From NCBI GenBank assembly GCA_964291625.2, contig OZ220089.1:1088001-1152000 (forward strand): 64,000 nucleotides of DNA. Reading direction: 5' to 3'. Below are positions 18,804 through 28,281 of this stretch, piece after piece. The stretch's first letter is position 1. Every line of letters starts with the position of its first letter. Below the pieces are notes generated by a model, which saw nothing but the letters and a program-made list of their open reading frames with translations, made no database searches and was not told the DNA's origin. Both the position numbers and the translations under genes were made by a program. This DNA comes from Candidatus Latescibacterota bacterium (lineage in GTDB: Bacteria; Latescibacterota; UBA2968; UBA8231).

Positions 18804-19088
18804 GGTCGTCCTTTCTCGACAGGGGAGTCCGAAGGGACTGGCGCCAAGCTCCCATGCAATGCGCGGACCCAACCGCGGAGGAAACCGTGGGGAACTGCCG
18901 CAACTACCATGTTTTACTGACCCTTGGAGACCGCTTCCCCCGAGAGGACGGCGGGACCCGAGGCGGCCCGGATGGGAACAATCCAGCCCCTCGAGGGGAA
19001 GGATCTTCCCCCTCCAGGGGCCGGCTGTCCGGATCGCTGGCACCCCGCTATCTTCTGTCACCCGAGCCTGGACCTGGAGCGATGAAGG

Positions 19089-19379
19089 ATGATCGACAAG
19101 GAACTGCTGGAGATCCTCGCCTGTCCCGAGACGAAGGAGCCGATCCACGTGGCCGATCAGGCCCTGGTGGATGAGGTCAACCGCCGGATCGAGCGCGGCG
19201 AGCTGACCAATCGGGGAGGATCGAAGGTGGAACGGAAGATCGACGGAGGCCTGGTGCGGGAGGACCGGAGGTATCTCTATCCGATCGAGGACGAGATCCC
19301 CATCATGCTGATCGACGAGGCGATCTCCCTCGAGGGGTTCGACCCGGGCGGCGAGGACGCTTCTTCCGGGCAGCCGTGA
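19089..19379 (+). CDS. Trm112/YcaR-family protein
   Basis: MIDKELLEILACPETK...YPIEDEIPIMLIDEA. Confidence 0.88.
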   Translation: MIDKELLEILACPETKEPIHVADQALVDEVNRRIERGELTNRGGSKVERKIDGGLVREDRRYLYPIEDEIPIMLIDEAISLEGFDPGGEDASSGQP

Positions 19380-19419
19380 CGCCGCCCGTCGGGCGCTCCG
19401 CCCTTTCTGCCGATGGACG

Positions 19420-19453
19420 AAAGGCGCCTGCAGGTGATCTGCAGACGCCTTTT
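19420..19453. terminator. Probable bidirectional rho-independent terminator
   Basis: AAAGGCG(C)CTGCAG-GTGAT-CTGCAG(A)CGCCTTTT hairpin between convergent Trm112 gene and tRNA. Confidence 0.7.
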
Positions 19454-19461
19454 CTCATGAG

Positions 19462-19546
19462 TGGTGCGGAAGCGGGGACTCGAACCCCGACGCCCGAAGG
19501 CACTGCCCCCTCAAGACAGCGTGTCTACCAATTTCACCACTTCCGC
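19462..19546 (-). tRNA. tRNA-Leu (anticodon GAG)
   Basis: Reverse complement GCGGAAG...CTGTC-TTGAGGG-GGCAG...GGTTCGAGTCC...CTTCCGC-A-CCA; long variable arm; downstream of secG as commonly conserved. Confidence 0.95.
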
Positions 19547-19550
19547 AAGC

Positions 19551-19916
19551 CTATTGTGGGAGGGCCGCATCCGACTCTTTCGGCTGATCCCCCTCCTGCG
19601 GCTGATAGGGGGTGGGAGCGACCGGCGCCGCCCCTTCCTCCGCCTGCAGCAGACGCTCGCTGGCCGTCGTCGGCAGTCCCTCGTCCTCGTCGTAGGCCAC
19701 GGCCAGGGCGAGACACAGAATCAGGAAGCTTGCGGCCAGGTAGGTCGTCGTCTTGGTGAGGAAGGTGCTCGCCGCCCGGCCCCCCAGGACGGAGGAGGAG
19801 CTCAGGCCGCCGCCCACGGATGCGGCCAGTCCGCCGCCCTTGCCGGACTGGAGCAGCACGGCGACGACCAGCATGATGCAGACGAGGATGTGGAGGATGG
19901 TCAGCAGGATGGTCAT
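19551..19916 (-). CDS. secG: Preprotein translocase subunit SecG
   Basis: Two TM segments, VLLQSGKGGGL and FLTKTT motifs; tpiA-secG-tRNA-Leu synteny. Confidence 0.93.
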   Translation of the reverse strand: MTILLTILHILVCIMLVVAVLLQSGKGGGLAASVGGGLSSSSVLGGRAASTFLTKTTTYLAASFLILCLALAVAYDEDEGLPTTASERLLQAEEGAAPVAPTPYQPQEGDQPKESDAALPQ

Positions 19917-20701
19917 GGCTGCTCTGCTTCTCGGGTAGCGGCGCGAACGATGGCGGCGAAATCCTCGGCCCGGAGGGAGGCGCCGCCGATCAGGCCCCCG
20001 TCGATGTCGGCCTGGCCGAACAACTCGCCGGCGTTCTCGGGCTTGACACTGCCTCCGTAGAGGATTCGGACGGCGTCGGCGGTCTCGCCGAATCTCTCGC
20101 GCAGGCGGTCACGGATCAGAGCGTGAACGCTCTCGGCCTCCCCGGGGGTGGCGGTGCGGCCCGTGCCGATCGCCCAGACCGGCTCGTAGGCCACGGCGAC
20201 GGCGAGCACTTGCTCGGCGGTGAGCCCGTCCAGGCCCCGGTCCAACTGGCCCAGTACGGTGCTCTCGACCTGACCGGCGTCGCGCTGATCGAGGGTTTCG
20301 CCGATGCAGAGGATCGGATTGAGACCCGTTGCGAGGGCCGCCCGCGTGCGCTGGTTCACGCCCTCGTCGGTCTCGCCGAACAGCTGCCGCCGCTCGGAAT
20401 GGCCTAGTATAACCCATTGGCACGCAAGGGTCAACAGCATCCGGGGGGAGACCTCGCCGGTGTAGGCGCCGCTCTCCTCCCAGTGCGAGTTCTGGGCTCC
20501 CAGGCCGACCGCTCCGTCCTCCAGCACGGCGGCGACGGCCGCCAGGCCGGGGTAGGGCGGGCACAGGACGACGTCGACGAACCCGGTCTCCTCGCGGATC
20601 TGCGGGAGGAGCTCGCGGGCCAGGGCGGCGCCCTCCCGCGGCAGCAGGTTCATCTTCCAGTTGGCGGCGACGAGAGGCCGTCTCTGAATCGACCGCGTCA
20701 T
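19913..20701 (-). CDS. tpiA: Triosephosphate isomerase
   Basis: ANWKMN, GHSERR, AYEPVWAIGTG, YGGSVKP, GGASL; ATG overlaps pgk stop. Confidence 0.97.
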   Translation of the reverse strand: MTRSIQRRPLVAANWKMNLLPREGAALARELLPQIREETGFVDVVLCPPYPGLAAVAAVLEDGAVGLGAQNSHWEESGAYTGEVSPRMLLTLACQWVILGHSERRQLFGETDEGVNQRTRAALATGLNPILCIGETLDQRDAGQVESTVLGQLDRGLDGLTAEQVLAVAVAYEPVWAIGTGRTATPGEAESVHALIRDRLRERFGETADAVRILYGGSVKPENAGELFGQADIDGGLIGGASLRAEDFAAIVRAATREAEQP

Positions 20702-21894
20702 CCCCCCTCGTCGAGGGCCTCGACCCCCGGCAGGACCCGGCCGCCCAGGGCTTCGAGGGAGGCCCCGCCGCCCGTGGAGATGTGGGACATGCGCTTGGCG
20801 GCGCCGGCCTTGTCCACCGCCGCGGCGGTGTCGCCGCCGCCGATGATGCTCACCGCCCCCGACTCCCAGGTGGCCTGCTCCAGGGCCTGGGCCACGGCGG
20901 TGGTGCCGGCGGCGAAGTCGTCGATCTCGAAGACGCCGAGGGGGCCGTTCCAGAGGATGGTCCCGGCCTGGCTGAGGTGGTCGATGAAGCGCTCCCGGGT
21001 CCGGGGCCCGATGTCGACGCCGGCGCGGTCGCCGGGGATGGCGTCGACGGCCACGGCCTCGTGCTCGGCCCCCGGTGCCACTCTGCGGGCGACGACGACG
21101 TCCTCGGGCAGGTGCAGCCTGTCGCCGGCCTTGGCCAGCAGGTCGGCGGCCACCGACACCGACTCCTCGTCGCACAGGGAGTCGCCGATCTCCTGCCCCC
21201 GCGCCTTCAGAAAGGTGTAGGACATGCCGCCGCCGATGAGCAGGGCATCGACCTTGCCCAGGAGGTTCTCGATCACCTCGATCTTGTCCGCCACCTTGGC
21301 GCCGCCGAGGATGGCGACGAAGGGGCGCGCCGGTTCGGAGAGGGCCTCCTGCAGGTACTGGAGCTCCTTCTTCATCAGGTAGCCGGCGACACTGTGATCC
21401 ACGTGCCGGGTGATGCCCTCCGTCGAGGCGTGGGCCCGGTGGGCGGCTCCGAAGGCATCGTTGACGTAGATGCCGCTGCCGAGGCCGGCCAGCTGCCGCG
21501 CGAAACCGCCGTCGTTGGCCTCTTCGCCGGGGTGGAAGCGGAGGTTCTCGAGGAGCAGCACGCTGCCCGGTCTGAGCTCCGAGGCCAGGGCCTCCGTCTC
21601 TTCGCCGATGCAGTCGGGCGCCAGGTGGGCGCTGGTGCCGAGATGCCGGTGCAGGTCCTGGACGATCGGCTCCAGGGAGAGCCCGGGCCGCACCTGGCCG
21701 CGGGGCCGGCCGAGGTGGGACATAAGCACCAGGGAGGCCCCCTTCTCGAGCAGTTGCCACAAGGAGGGCAGGGCGGCGCGGACCCGCCGATCGTCGATGA
21801 TCCGCCCGTCGCCGTCGAGAGGGACGTTGAAGTCCTCGCGCACCAGCACGCGCTTCCCCGCCACATCGATGTCGTCTATCGTCCGCTTGGCCAT
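20698..21894 (-). CDS. pgk: Phosphoglycerate kinase
   Basis: [46 protein letters not shown]. Confidence 0.97.
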   Translation of the reverse strand: MAKRTIDDIDVAGKRVLVREDFNVPLDGDGRIIDDRRVRAALPSLWQLLEKGASLVLMSHLGRPRGQVRPGLSLEPIVQDLHRHLGTSAHLAPDCIGEETEALASELRPGSVLLLENLRFHPGEEANDGGFARQLAGLGSGIYVNDAFGAAHRAHASTEGITRHVDHSVAGYLMKKELQYLQEALSEPARPFVAILGGAKVADKIEVIENLLGKVDALLIGGGMSYTFLKARGQEIGDSLCDEESVSVAADLLAKAGDRLHLPEDVVVARRVAPGAEHEAVAVDAIPGDRAGVDIGPRTRERFIDHLSQAGTILWNGPLGVFEIDDFAAGTTAVAQALEQATWESGAVSIIGGGDTAAAVDKAGAAKRMSHISTGGGASLEALGGRVLPGVEALDEGG

Positions 21895-21913
21895 GTCATA
21901 TGGCTCCTTCCGG

Positions 21914-22951
21914 TCACCCGAAGAATACGCGCGAGATGTCGTACAGCTCCTCCCCCACCCTCTTCAACTCACCGACCCCCCTCTCCAGGGGCAGGGCGAC
22001 GATCTCGTCGCCCTGAAGGGCGACCATCTTGCCCCAGTCGCCGCCTTGGACCAGGTCGATGGCGGCGATGCCGTAGCGCGTGCCGAGGACCCGGTCGAAA
22101 GCCGTGGGAGTCCCGCCGCGCTGCAGGTGCCCGAGGACGATGACGCGGGTCTCGAAGCCGGTCTCCTTCTCGATCACGTCCCCCACGAGCTGCCCCACGC
22201 CGCCCAGCTTGACATGGCCGAACTCGTCGGTGCCCCCCTCCTGCACGGTGTATTCGTCGCCGCCGAACTTCACCCCCTCGGCGACGACGACGATGCTGAA
22301 GTCCTTGCCGCGGCCGTGGCGCATCTTGATGGTGTCGACTATCTCCTGGATCGACGTGCTCTGCTCCGGGATCAGGATCAGGTCGGCGCCCCCGGCGATG
22401 CCGGCGTAGGTGGCGATCCACCCCGAGTGCCGGCCCATCACCTCGACGACCATCACCCGGTTGTGGGACTCGGCCGTCGTGTGGATGCGATCCAGGGCTT
22501 CGGTGACGATGTTGATGGCCGTGTCGAAGCCGAAGGTGTAGTCCGTGTTGGAAATGTCGTTGTCGATCGTCTTGGGCACCCCCACCACGGGGGCGCCGGC
22601 GGCGGCCAGCTTGAGGGCCACGCTGAGGGTGTCGTCGCCGCCGATGGCGATCAGGGCGTCGAGCTTCATGCGTTTCATGTTCTCGAGGACGATGTCGCCG
22701 CCGTCGGGGACCTTGTAGGGGTTGGTGCGCGAGGTCCCCAGGATCGTGCCGCCCTTGGGCAGGATGCCGGAGACCTCCTCGTGGCCCAGGGGCTCCCACA
22801 GGCACTCCAGCATGCCCTTCCAGCCCTTCTCGACCCCGCGGAACCGGTATCCGTAGTGGGAGATCCCCTTGCGGACGGCCGCCCGGATGACCGCGTTCAG
22901 TCCGGGGCAGTCGCCGCCGCCGGTGAGGATGCCGACTGTCTTGATGGTCAT
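21914..22951 (-). CDS. pfkA: 6-phosphofructokinase, probably PPi-utilising group
   Basis: TGGGDCPGLN, GGDDT, PKTIDND, EVMGRHSG, LGHLQRGG. Confidence 0.92.
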   Translation of the reverse strand: MTIKTVGILTGGGDCPGLNAVIRAAVRKGISHYGYRFRGVEKGWKGMLECLWEPLGHEEVSGILPKGGTILGTSRTNPYKVPDGGDIVLENMKRMKLDALIAIGGDDTLSVALKLAAAGAPVVGVPKTIDNDISNTDYTFGFDTAINIVTEALDRIHTTAESHNRVMVVEVMGRHSGWIATYAGIAGGADLILIPEQSTSIQEIVDTIKMRHGRGKDFSIVVVAEGVKFGGDEYTVQEGGTDEFGHVKLGGVGQLVGDVIEKETGFETRVIVLGHLQRGGTPTAFDRVLGTRYGIAAIDLVQGGDWGKMVALQGDEIVALPLERGVGELKRVGEELYDISRVFFG

Positions 22952-23052
22952 CTTCCTGCCTGCGGAGGGTGGTCGACCGGCAGATCGCGGCCTGTGGGCC
23001 GGGAAGCGCGCCCCGGCATTCGGGCCGCGGACACCGCCGGGGCAAACGTCTA

Positions 23053-23080
23053 AAGCTAGGTTCCCCGGAGGTCAGGTCAA
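23053..23080 (-). promoter_or_regulatory. Possible sigma70 promoter of the pfk-pgk-tpiA-secG operon
   Basis: TTGACC-N16-TAGCTT on the minus strand. Confidence 0.45.
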
Positions 23081-23841
23081 CGCCGTGGCCGGCGAAAGGG
23101 GCCGGCCACGGCGATCGCCCGGACCTCGGCGCCCGGGGCGGCTTCCGCCAGTACGGCGGCGCAGGCGGACAAGGTCGAGCCCGTGGTGAGCACGTCGTCC
23201 ACCAGGCCGATGGCCCGCGGGGAGCCCGCCGCCGAAGCCGCGGGCGCGAAGGCGCCGGCCAGGTTGCCTGCCCGGTCCGCGGCCAGCAGGCGCGCCTGCT
23301 GTCGGGTCGGCCGGACCCGGCGCACCAGGTCCCCGCGGACCGGCACGCCGAGGGCCTCAGCCGCCCCCCGGGCGATCAGGTCGGCCTGGTTGAAGCCGCG
23401 CTCCCGTTGCCGCGCCGGGTGCAGGGGCACGGGTACCACCAGGTCCAGGTCGGACAAGGCGCCGGCGGTCTCCGGGGCGGTCGCCAGCAGACGGCCGAGG
23501 AGGGATCCGATCCTCCGGATCCCGCTGAACTTGAGAGCGTGGACGGCGGACTGGGCGGGACCCTCCAGATCGGTGAGCACCACCGCCCGCGAGTAGTCCA
23601 CCTCGCGCCAGCCGGCACAGTTCGGGCACTCCGGCCCGGAGGAGCCGCTCCCTTGTTGCCGCGGCGCCCCGCAGCGCGGGCACCGCGGACCGAGGGGATC
23701 CCGGAGGTCGGCGATGCAGCGGCGGCAGAGGGCCTCGCGGTCCCCCGGGGCCTGCCACGACTCGCAGGCCGGACAGTGGGGGGGATAGACGAAGTCGAGG
23801 AGGGCGGCCAGGAGGCCGCAGGTCCGGGTGCCGGGGGACAC
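23077..23841 (-). CDS. comF: ComF-family protein (double zinc ribbon + phosphoribosyltransferase)
   Basis: CPAC/CRRC/CPRC/CPNC, VPVPLH..R.RERGFNQA, LVDDVLTTGST; GTG start inferred. Confidence 0.88.
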   Translation of the reverse strand: MSPGTRTCGLLAALLDFVYPPHCPACESWQAPGDREALCRRCIADLRDPLGPRCPRCGAPRQQGSGSSGPECPNCAGWREVDYSRAVVLTDLEGPAQSAVHALKFSGIRRIGSLLGRLLATAPETAGALSDLDLVVPVPLHPARQRERGFNQADLIARGAAEALGVPVRGDLVRRVRPTRQQARLLAADRAGNLAGAFAPAASAAGSPRAIGLVDDVLTTGSTLSACAAVLAEAAPGAEVRAIAVAGPFRRPRR

Positions 23842-23993
23842 GTTCGCGTCTCCTGGAGGTGACGTGAGTCGGCGGTTCCTGCCCGAGGTCAGACGGGCCT
23901 GCAAGGGCCGTGCCCGTCCCGGGGCGGGCTCGGGGGCCGTCAGCGCCCCCCGGGTCGCCCCTGTCTGGCGGGTTCGCTATACTCCGCCGCCCG

Positions 23994-25049
23994 ATGGCCC
24001 CGGAACCGCCTCCGCTGGAGAACCCAATCCACCGCTTCAGGCAACTCCCCACCGATTGCGGCAGCCTGACCCTGATCGCCGCCCCCGAGGACCGGCCGGG
24101 GGCCGACTTCGCCGGCGACGTGCGCGCCGGCCTCGGCGCCCGCCCCAAGCGGCTCCCCTGCCTCTACTTCTACGACGAGCGGGGGTCGCGGCTCTTCGAG
24201 CGCATCTGCGAGCTGCCGGAGTACTACCTGACGCGGGCGGAGCGCTCCATCCTCGAGGCCCGTGCCGACGAGCTGGCCGCCCTCCTCGCGGGACCGGTGG
24301 ACCTGGTCGACCTCGGCTCCGGCAACTCCGGCAAGACCCGCCTCGTCATCGAGGCCCTGCTGCGGTGCCAGGGGCGGCTGCGCTTCATCCCCGTCGACAT
24401 CTCCAGCTCCATGCTGCGGGAGAGCTCCCTGGCCCTGGTGGAGACCTACCCCGGCCTGGAGATCCTGGCCGTGGCCGGCGAGTACCAGGACGGCCTCGAC
24501 TACCTCGCTGCCGAGGGAGGTCCGCCGCGGCTTGTCCTGTGGCTGGGCTCCAACGTGGGCAACTTCACCCCGCCGGAGGCGGTGGGATTCCTGCGGCGGC
24601 TGGGCGGCGCCATGAGGCCCGGGGACGCGCTGCTCATCGGCATCGACCTGCGCAAGGAGCCGGCGGTCCTGGTGGCCGCCTACGACGACGCGGCCGGGGT
24701 GACGGCGCAGTTCAACCTGAACCTGCTGGCGCGCATCAACCGCGAGCTGGGAGGCCGCTTCGACCTCGACGCCTTCGCTCACGAGGCGTGCTGGAACGAG
24801 GCCGAGGGCCGCATGGAGATGCACCTGCGATCGCTGCGCGGCCAGAGCGTGGAGATCGCCGACATCGGCCTGCGGGTCTCCTTCTCCGAGGGCGAGACGA
24901 TCCACACCGAGAGCTCCTGCAAGTACTCCCTCGAAGGGATCCAGGAACTCGCGGCGGCCTCCGGCTTCGCCATCTCGAGGCAGTGGCTCGACGGCGGGAG
25001 CCGCTTCAGTCTCAGTCTGATGGTCCGCGGCGGCGCCTCGGGCCCCTGA
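23994..25049 (+). CDS. egtD: L-histidine N(alpha)-methyltransferase (hercynine synthase)
   Basis: K.LP..YFYDERGS.LFE.I.ELPEYYLTRAE, DLGSG...KT, AAYDDAAGVTA.FNLN, IHTESSCKY. Confidence 0.92.
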   Translation: MAPEPPPLENPIHRFRQLPTDCGSLTLIAAPEDRPGADFAGDVRAGLGARPKRLPCLYFYDERGSRLFERICELPEYYLTRAERSILEARADELAALLAGPVDLVDLGSGNSGKTRLVIEALLRCQGRLRFIPVDISSSMLRESSLALVETYPGLEILAVAGEYQDGLDYLAAEGGPPRLVLWLGSNVGNFTPPEAVGFLRRLGGAMRPGDALLIGIDLRKEPAVLVAAYDDAAGVTAQFNLNLLARINRELGGRFDLDAFAHEACWNEAEGRMEMHLRSLRGQSVEIADIGLRVSFSEGETIHTESSCKYSLEGIQELAAASGFAISRQWLDGGSRFSLSLMVRGGASGP

Positions 25050-25072
25050 GCGCGCTTCGGAGCAGGGCGTCT

Positions 25073-26569
25073 TCAGTCGGCCACGGCCAGGGAGGCCCCC
25101 GAGGCCAGCCGCAGCCGCCGCCGCACCACCTGCGAGATCGAGTCGATCCCCATGTTGAGCAGGGCCGTGAAGCCGATGAGGACCACCGCCTGGTCGAGCT
25201 TGTCCTCGGCGATGGCGCTGTCGATGAAGAACCCGAGGGTTGTGACCCCCAGGATCCCGAGGATCGCCGACTCCCGCATCATCACCTCCCAACGGTAGAA
25301 CAGGAAGGCCAGGAACTGCCCGTAGACCCGGGGCAGGACCTCCCAGGCGTAGCGGTCGAGGGCGCGGCGGGGAGCGTCGAGCCTCAGGCGCATGACGTTG
25401 GCCGAGCCGGCGCCGAGGTAGGAGAGGATCGCCCCGTTGTGCAGCAGGATCGCCACCAGGGCCGGCAGCATCGACGGCCCCCACAGCTGCAGGAAGACGT
25501 AGGCGAGGATGTACTCCGGCGTCGTCCGCCCGACGATCAGGCCGAAGTGAACGAGCCGGCGCACCGCCGCCGGGCTCACGTGGCGGCAGGCCACGCCGAG
25601 GAAGACGACGGCGAAGAGGCCGGTCGCCGCCAGCGCCACCTGGGTGAGGAGGACCGTGTTCCACAGGCCGGGCAGGACCTGGTCGCCCACCAGTCTCGAG
25701 AACCACGCCCACACCTGATCGACGGGGAAGGCGACGTCGAGAGTGCCGTCGAGGAAGCCCTCCCGGCGCATCGGCCAAGGCAGGATCTCCCAGGTGAGGA
25801 AGCGCTTGACATTGACCCAGGAGAGGTGGACCTCGGGCGACACGGCCCAGGCCGACAGGGCCGCGTAGAGCACCACCAGCCGGGGGCGGACCCAGTACCT
25901 CAGCGACGCGATGAGCAGGTAGAAGGCGTAGAGCAGGGCCGCCGCCTCGCCGTAGAGGCCCTCGCGGAAGGCGGTCTCCAGGTGGAACCCCAGGGTCGGC
26001 AGGCCGATGAAGCCGAGGACGGCGCTGGAGCGCAGGGCGCACTCCAGCCGGTAGGAGGTGTAGGCCTTCAGGTTGGGCCAGATGATCGGCAGCACCCCGT
26101 AGCAGAACCGGCTGACCCCCGTCGAGCCCGGCGGCAGGGCCTCCATGGGCCGCCGGTCGGCCTCCTGCAGGATCTCGGCGTAGACCTTGGCGAAGACGCC
26201 GGCGTAGGGGACGGCGATGGCCAGCACGCCGCAGACCGGGTTGAGCCCCACCATGGGCAGAAACAGGAAGGCCCAGAAGATCTCGTGGACGGCGCGCACG
26301 GCGGCGCAGCCGAGGCGCACGACGCGGCGCTCGAAGCAGAAGGCGAGCCCCGAGCCGAGGACCACCGCCAGGGAGAGGCCGCAGAAGGCGAAGGTGACGG
26401 TGTTGAGCAGGGGCTGCCCCAGGCCCGGCAGCGCCCCCAGGTCGGGGCGGGCGAAGCCCGAGAGCAGGCGCCCCATCTCGCCCCACGGGTCGAGGGTGAC
26501 GATCTCGATGTCGGCCAGGGCCAGGCAGGCGAGGCCCACCGCCAGGAACCACAGGCTCGCCTTCAGCAC
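25073..26569 (-). CDS. PhnE/PtxC-family ABC transporter permease (two fused domains)
   Basis: Multiple TM; RAVHEIFWA, YRLECALRSSAVLGFIG, YRWEVMMRESAILG. Confidence 0.85.
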   Translation of the reverse strand: MLKASLWFLAVGLACLALADIEIVTLDPWGEMGRLLSGFARPDLGALPGLGQPLLNTVTFAFCGLSLAVVLGSGLAFCFERRVVRLGCAAVRAVHEIFWAFLFLPMVGLNPVCGVLAIAVPYAGVFAKVYAEILQEADRRPMEALPPGSTGVSRFCYGVLPIIWPNLKAYTSYRLECALRSSAVLGFIGLPTLGFHLETAFREGLYGEAAALLYAFYLLIASLRYWVRPRLVVLYAALSAWAVSPEVHLSWVNVKRFLTWEILPWPMRREGFLDGTLDVAFPVDQVWAWFSRLVGDQVLPGLWNTVLLTQVALAATGLFAVVFLGVACRHVSPAAVRRLVHFGLIVGRTTPEYILAYVFLQLWGPSMLPALVAILLHNGAILSYLGAGSANVMRLRLDAPRRALDRYAWEVLPRVYGQFLAFLFYRWEVMMRESAILGILGVTTLGFFIDSAIAEDKLDQAVVLIGFTALLNMGIDSISQVVRRRLRLASGASLAVAD

Positions 26570-26579
26570 GGCGAAGGTC

Positions 26580-27311
26580 TCAGGTCGACGGCTCGGGGTT
26601 CGCCTCGCCGCGGTAGAGGGCTTCCAGCCGCCCGTCCCCGACCTCGGCGGAGCCCAGGTCGAAGGCGACCCGTCCCTCGCGCAGTCCGACGGCCCGGTCG
26701 AAGTGCCGCAGCGCCAGGTCGACGTCGTGCATGGCCACCACCGCGGTCTCGCAGCCGGCCTTGAGCAGCTCGAGGACGTCGCCCGCCTGGTGCGGATCGA
26801 CCGCCGAGACCGGCTCGTCGGCCAGGACCACGCTGCCGCCCTGGTAGAGGGCTCGCCCCACGGCGACCCGCTGCTGCTGGCCGCCGGAGAGCTGGCTCAC
26901 CGCCTCGAAGAGCTTCTCCTCCATCCCGAGGTCGCGGAAGAGGGGGCGCAACTCCTCCACCACCCGCCGCCGGGGTCTCACCAGGTCGACGAGATTGGCC
27001 AGGGTCGAGTTCCGGTCCAGGCGGCCGGCGTAGACGTTGTGGAACGCCGACAACTGCGGCACCAGGGCGTAGTCCTGGTGCACGCAGGCGCAGTCGTCCG
27101 GACGGCGGGCCTGGAGCAGCCGCAGCAGGGTCGTCTTGCCGGCGCCGCTGGGACCGATGACGACCAGCTTCTCGCCCCGCTCCACCCGCAGGTCGACGCC
27201 GCGCAGGGCCTCGGTGGCGCCGGCGCGGACGTGCTCGTCCCGCAGGTCGAACAGCGGTCCACCCGCCTCCGGAGGCCCCTCGGCCGCCGGGGCGGGCATG
27301 GAAGCCATCAC
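26580..27311 (-). CDS. PhnC-like ABC transporter ATP-binding protein
   Basis: GPSGAGKT, LSGGQQQRV, LADEPVSAVD. Confidence 0.9.
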   Translation of the reverse strand: MMASMPAPAAEGPPEAGGPLFDLRDEHVRAGATEALRGVDLRVERGEKLVVIGPSGAGKTTLLRLLQARRPDDCACVHQDYALVPQLSAFHNVYAGRLDRNSTLANLVDLVRPRRRVVEELRPLFRDLGMEEKLFEAVSQLSGGQQQRVAVGRALYQGGSVVLADEPVSAVDPHQAGDVLELLKAGCETAVVAMHDVDLALRHFDRAVGLREGRVAFDLGSAEVGDGRLEALYRGEANPEPST

Positions 27312-28201
27312 TCCTCGAGGATGCCGATGGTCCTGCCGGTCTCGAGGATCGGCGCGTACATGGTATTGTCGGCGGGGATGAACGAGGCGCGCGGGAAGGA
27401 GTCGAGCAGGGCCCGGTCCTCCATGCCGAGAAGGGCCTGGCGGACGCGGTCGGTGAAGCCCTCCCCGTAGCGGCTGTCGACGTCGCCGCGGATCGACCAG
27501 TTGTAGTCGGGGTAGGTCGGCGTGCGCCAGATGAGGCGCACCTTGGAGGTGTCCACGATCCCCGCGGCCATCTCCCTCTCCCAGACCTTGTAGTTGAGCG
27601 CTCCCGCCTGGTAGGCGCCGGACTGCACCAGGGCCAGGGTCTTGGAGTGGTCGCCGCTGAAGCCGACGCGCTCGAAGACCTCGCCCGGGGGCTTGCCGAA
27701 GTGCCGGCGGATGAAGTACTCCGGCATCAGCCGCCCGGAGGTCGATCCCTTCGAGCCGAAGGTGAAGGTCTTGCCGGCGATGCCGGCCGGGAAAGCTGCC
27801 TCGGCATCCTCGCCGCTGCAGGCGCAGGGCTTCTTCTCCCGCAGGCCGGTGCTCGCGTGGGCGATGAAGTAGGTGACGAACTCCACGTCCTCCTCACCCT
27901 GGGCGATCGCCTGCGAGCCGGGCACGCCGCGGCGCGCCTGCACGCCGGAGAGGCCTCCGAACCAGGCCAGCTGCACCTCTCCGTTCTTGAAGGCCGAGAC
28001 CGAGGCGGCGTAGGACTTGACCGGGACGTACTCCACCGGGATTCCGAGCGTCGAGCCCAGGTACACGGCGACCTTGTCGAACCGCTCCTTGAGTCTCGCC
28101 GTGTCCTGGTCGGGGATCGCCGTGAAGCGGAAGACCTCCGCGGCGCCCGCGGGAATCACGAGCGACGGGAGCAGAGCCAGAAGCAGAATCGAGCGTATCA
28201 T
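27308..28201 (-). CDS. PhnD-family substrate-binding protein (putative selenate ABC transporter type)
   Basis: Signal peptide; FTAIPDQD, LAWFGGLSGVQAR, FTFGSKGSTSGRLMP, YPDYNW; directly downstream of selD. Confidence 0.8.
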   Translation of the reverse strand: MIRSILLLALLPSLVIPAGAAEVFRFTAIPDQDTARLKERFDKVAVYLGSTLGIPVEYVPVKSYAASVSAFKNGEVQLAWFGGLSGVQARRGVPGSQAIAQGEEDVEFVTYFIAHASTGLREKKPCACSGEDAEAAFPAGIAGKTFTFGSKGSTSGRLMPEYFIRRHFGKPPGEVFERVGFSGDHSKTLALVQSGAYQAGALNYKVWEREMAAGIVDTSKVRLIWRTPTYPDYNWSIRGDVDSRYGEGFTDRVRQALLGMEDRALLDSFPRASFIPADNTMYAPILETGRTIGILEE

Positions 28202-28281
28202 CGTTGGTACGGTCCTCTCTACTTTGGATGTGATGATGGACGTGATGGATGCCGCCGGGCGGGCGGCCGGAGCGGAAGGCC

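Noticed and set aside
19462-19546. tRNA as an integration site or as tRNA-Sec
   Set aside because: The anticodon is GAG (Leu); no integrase or duplicated 3' end was seen
28225-28252. Short GATG-rich repeat (His-rich if translated) between selD and the binding-protein gene
   Set aside because: No start codon or RBS for a leader peptide and too short to support a function
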